DNA from: Eledone cirrhosa
Taxonomy: Eukaryota
Assembly: GCA_964016885.1 (NCBI GenBank)
Contig: OZ024741.1
Coordinates: forward strand, 131,502,001-131,566,000
Direction: 5' to 3'
Length of the DNA stretch: 64,000 bases
Positions 61,001 to 64,000 of this stretch are shown here, piece by piece. The stretch's first letter is position 1, and each line of letters starts with the position of its first letter. The position numbers and the translations under genes are program-made. Below the pieces are notes generated by a model. That model was given only the letters and a program-made list of their open reading frames with translations, searched no databases and was not told where the DNA came from.

Positions 61001-63741
61001 ATAGACCTCATAGGCAAGGAGCTGGTTACTGGGAGCTGAACACGTCTTTCCCGGCGCGCAAAGCTTACAGAGACCAGATAGATGAATTAGTTAAGCGGCG
61101 TTGACGGGTGCGATCGTATACAACAGGTGGTGGTTTACTCTGAAAAGGGCAATTAGAGTAGAATCAATAAGGTTTAGCAAAGGAGTAAAGATAGAGGAAA
61201 ATAGAGTAGAAGCAGAGCTAGTTAGAAATCTAGAAGAGGCGTTTAGAACAGGCATCGCAACTGACGTGCTTGCGGCAAGATTGGCACTCGACCAATTCTT
61301 CAATGCAAAACACGAAGGCTGCGTTGTCAGAGCTAGAGCGCGTGCTCTGAGACAAGAGGGGACAAAAGCTGTCCAATGGGCCCGGGTGGTGGAGGCGCGA
61401 CGTGGCAACAAAGCCACAATTCAATCCTTGCCTGACCAAAACGGGCACATGTTACTCGATCCCGAGCAGATGTGTGAGGCTTTTCAGCAGCACTTTGCTC
61501 AACTGTTTGGGAGCGGCGGCCTGCTAAATCGGAGTATGAACTTCAGTGAATACCCCGAGGGACTGCCGCAGCTCACGACGACCGCTGTGCAGTATTGCGA
61601 AAAGCCGATAACAGCAGATGAAATACGGGAAGCGATGTCTGACTGCCCGACGGGTAAATCGCCTTACGAGCTATATGGGTACATGCCAGACTTGTTCGGC
61701 GACCTCTCGGCAGACGTCTACTGCAACTGCAGCAGAACAGGAGCATTCCCAGTTTTGTGAGCCTGGGAGCGGTGCCGCTGTTGAGAAAAGACCCGAACAA
61801 GGGGGACGTTATAAACAACTTCAGACCCATAACTCTGTTAAACACAGACTTCAAGATTTTGGTCAAGGTGTTAGCAACGAGATTGTCGCTTGTCGTCGGT
61901 GATCTGGTGGGAGAGGTGCAGACATGCGCCATTCCAGACAGATCCATCCACAACAACCTCCACCTCATGCGATACATCTGAGTGAAGGTGGTTAAGGAAC
62001 CTGGCACTGGAGGGGCTCTGGTCAACTTGGATCAATCTAAAGCATTTGATAGGGTCGACCATCGGGACCTGGCTGCGGTCCTCGAAGCGGCCGGCTTCGG
62101 ACCCGTTTTTAGGGGCTGGATCGCTGCGATGCACAGCGACATCTGCTCGATTGTGTGTCGCAGCCTTTCAGCATCATGCGCTCTGTCCGGCAGGGTTGCC
62201 CCCTCTCGTCCCTCTTGTACGTACTGGCCCTCGAGCCATTACTGCACAAATTGAGACGATGAGGGGGGTCCCACGCGAACTGGAATGCGGGAGATCCGTG
62301 TCAGCTTACGCCGACGACGTCACGGTGGTGGTGTCGAGCACCAAACACGTCCAGATGCTCGGAACCGCTCTCAAGGAATACGAAGCGGTGACAGGAGCAA
62401 AGATACACCAGGAAAAGTCAGTGGGCTTGTAATTCGGCACCTGGAGAGGCAAGTCCATGCCGTCCGACAGCGTCGTAGGGTGCTGTATGGAAGTATCGGT
62501 TAAATTGCTTGGGGTCTGGTTCGGTCCGGACCTCCAGATGGAGAAAAGCTGGATCGAGGTGACGAGCAGGGTGGCCTCTCTCACCCAGAAATGGGCCGAG
62601 AGGAGGCTGTCTCTGAAAGGTCGGGCGGAGGTGGCGAATGCGTACATAGCGTCCGTCATCTGCTACCGCCTGACCGTCGTACCTTGCCCCGCCTATCTCT
62701 AACCAAAATGGAGCGTCTTCTCTTCCGCTTTTTGTGGAAGGAACGTGCTCCCATGGTCAGACGATCCATTTGCAGTCAACACCAGTTGCGTGGAGGACTA
62801 GGCATGCTTCGGCTGATGATACGCACTGGGGCTGCGACATCTCTGGTGCTTCCTTGACGGTGAATAGGTGTGGTCACCGTTTGCCAGACGCGCTTTTCCC
62901 CGGCTCGTCTCCTTGACAGAGCTGCAGTCCTGGATCAGGAAAATATCGAGGGATACCACTTGCAAGCTGGAATGTCTCCAAGCGCTCACCGCCCTATACC
63001 AGCTGGGCACTAATATCGGTGGAACATCCACCACGGCGTTCTATAGAGGGCTAGAGGAGGGAAAGAGCAACGACGTTCTCCGGGAGACCCTGGGCGTCGA
63101 AGACGATCAGCTGTTCGCTTTCTTCAAGAGAATTTCAGACCGGGGCCTATGGATAACTTCCAGAAATGCCTGGTCTGGCAGTGCTACCGGGGATCGTATC
63201 CGGTTCGGGATAAGCTCCACAGGCACGGAGCTGCTGTCAGCCGAGCCTGTCCGAGATGCAAGGTGGGCGACGCACTCGTTCAGAGCCCGAGGATTGCTGA
63301 CTTGTGGAGCTATGTGGAATAGTTGCTGTCGCGTGTAGGACGGATCTGGTTATCGACTGAGTCCATTGTGCAAATAACCCAGCCATCCTCCTTTAAAGTG
63401 CTGTCTTCTAGTAAGTTTGTTGAAAGGTGGGTGAAAGTGGCGAGTCTGGTCCTAGTGAACGGGCCCGCTCTGAGTATGCGCCTGTAGACTGAGGAGTGAG
63501 AAAACCGAGAGAGGGCGCTCGTCCTGGTGGTCAGGGTGGCCGTCGTCTTTTTGTGTGGATTTCGCCACGAGTGACCCTCGGAAGTTTCCCCATTTTTGGG
63601 GGATTTTTGCTGTTTGAATTTTTTTGATTTCTAGCCCGATTTTCTTATAACCTGTTTACACGACAAAAACTCACTTTGTATCATCCTGTGTCGTCTCTAA
63701 TGTTTTACTTCGTGATAGCTCTTGTGGCCAATAAAGAAACC
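58058..63741 (+). mobile_element. Full-length decayed Tx1 LINE C
   Basis: Fragmented ORF1 (~58278-60301) and ORF2 (~60334-63487); ends AATAAAGAAACC followed by (ATT)n. Confidence 0.93.
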
Positions 63742-63789
63742 ATTATTATTATTATTATTATTATTAATATTATTATTATTATTATTATT

Positions 63790-64000
63790 GGCGACCTAAG
63801 TAGTAAATCGTATCATCGTGAGCTACGCAAAGGATTGTTATTTTCAGTTGTTTAAAATTGCCATTTATGGAAATTTTTTATTGTTAAATGTATATAAGTG
63901 CACATACATTGTTATCTGAAAAGGACACCCAAAATGATTGGGGCCTTGAGCCCAAAATTTAAACTTTTATAATTATCAAACAAAAATTTTTCTTTGAAAA
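63790..64000 (+). mobile_element. 5'UTR of Tx1 LINE D (subfamily of A), runs off the window
   Basis: Closely matches the reverse complement of 36100-36304. Confidence 0.9.

Overview
AT-rich eukaryotic DNA, dense in microsatellites and made almost entirely of transposable elements. I found no convincing host gene. The SINE and repeat style suggest an octopus/cephalopod genome (inference from recall, not verified). Contents: four Tx1-clade LINEs, one apparently intact (52192-58015), all bounded by (ATT)n; several R4/Dong-like restriction-endonuclease LINEs in the same (TAA)n tracts in the opposite polarity; three Penelope-like elements (one Neptune-like, two Hydra-like); a decayed autonomous Helitron and a non-autonomous Helitron; a hAT MITE; RTE fragments; and many tRNA-derived SINEs. 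Two systems stand out. (1) The SINE 3' tail matches the Tx1 3' end and SINE target-site duplications start with ATTAT, pointing to an ATT-targeting Tx1 LINE/SINE pair. (2) At least seven non-coding fold-back mini-elements in (TA)n carry full or partial hammerhead-ribozyme cores and share a terminal tail boundary; they look like Penelope pseudo-LTR derivatives whose inverted arm is made anew at each insertion.
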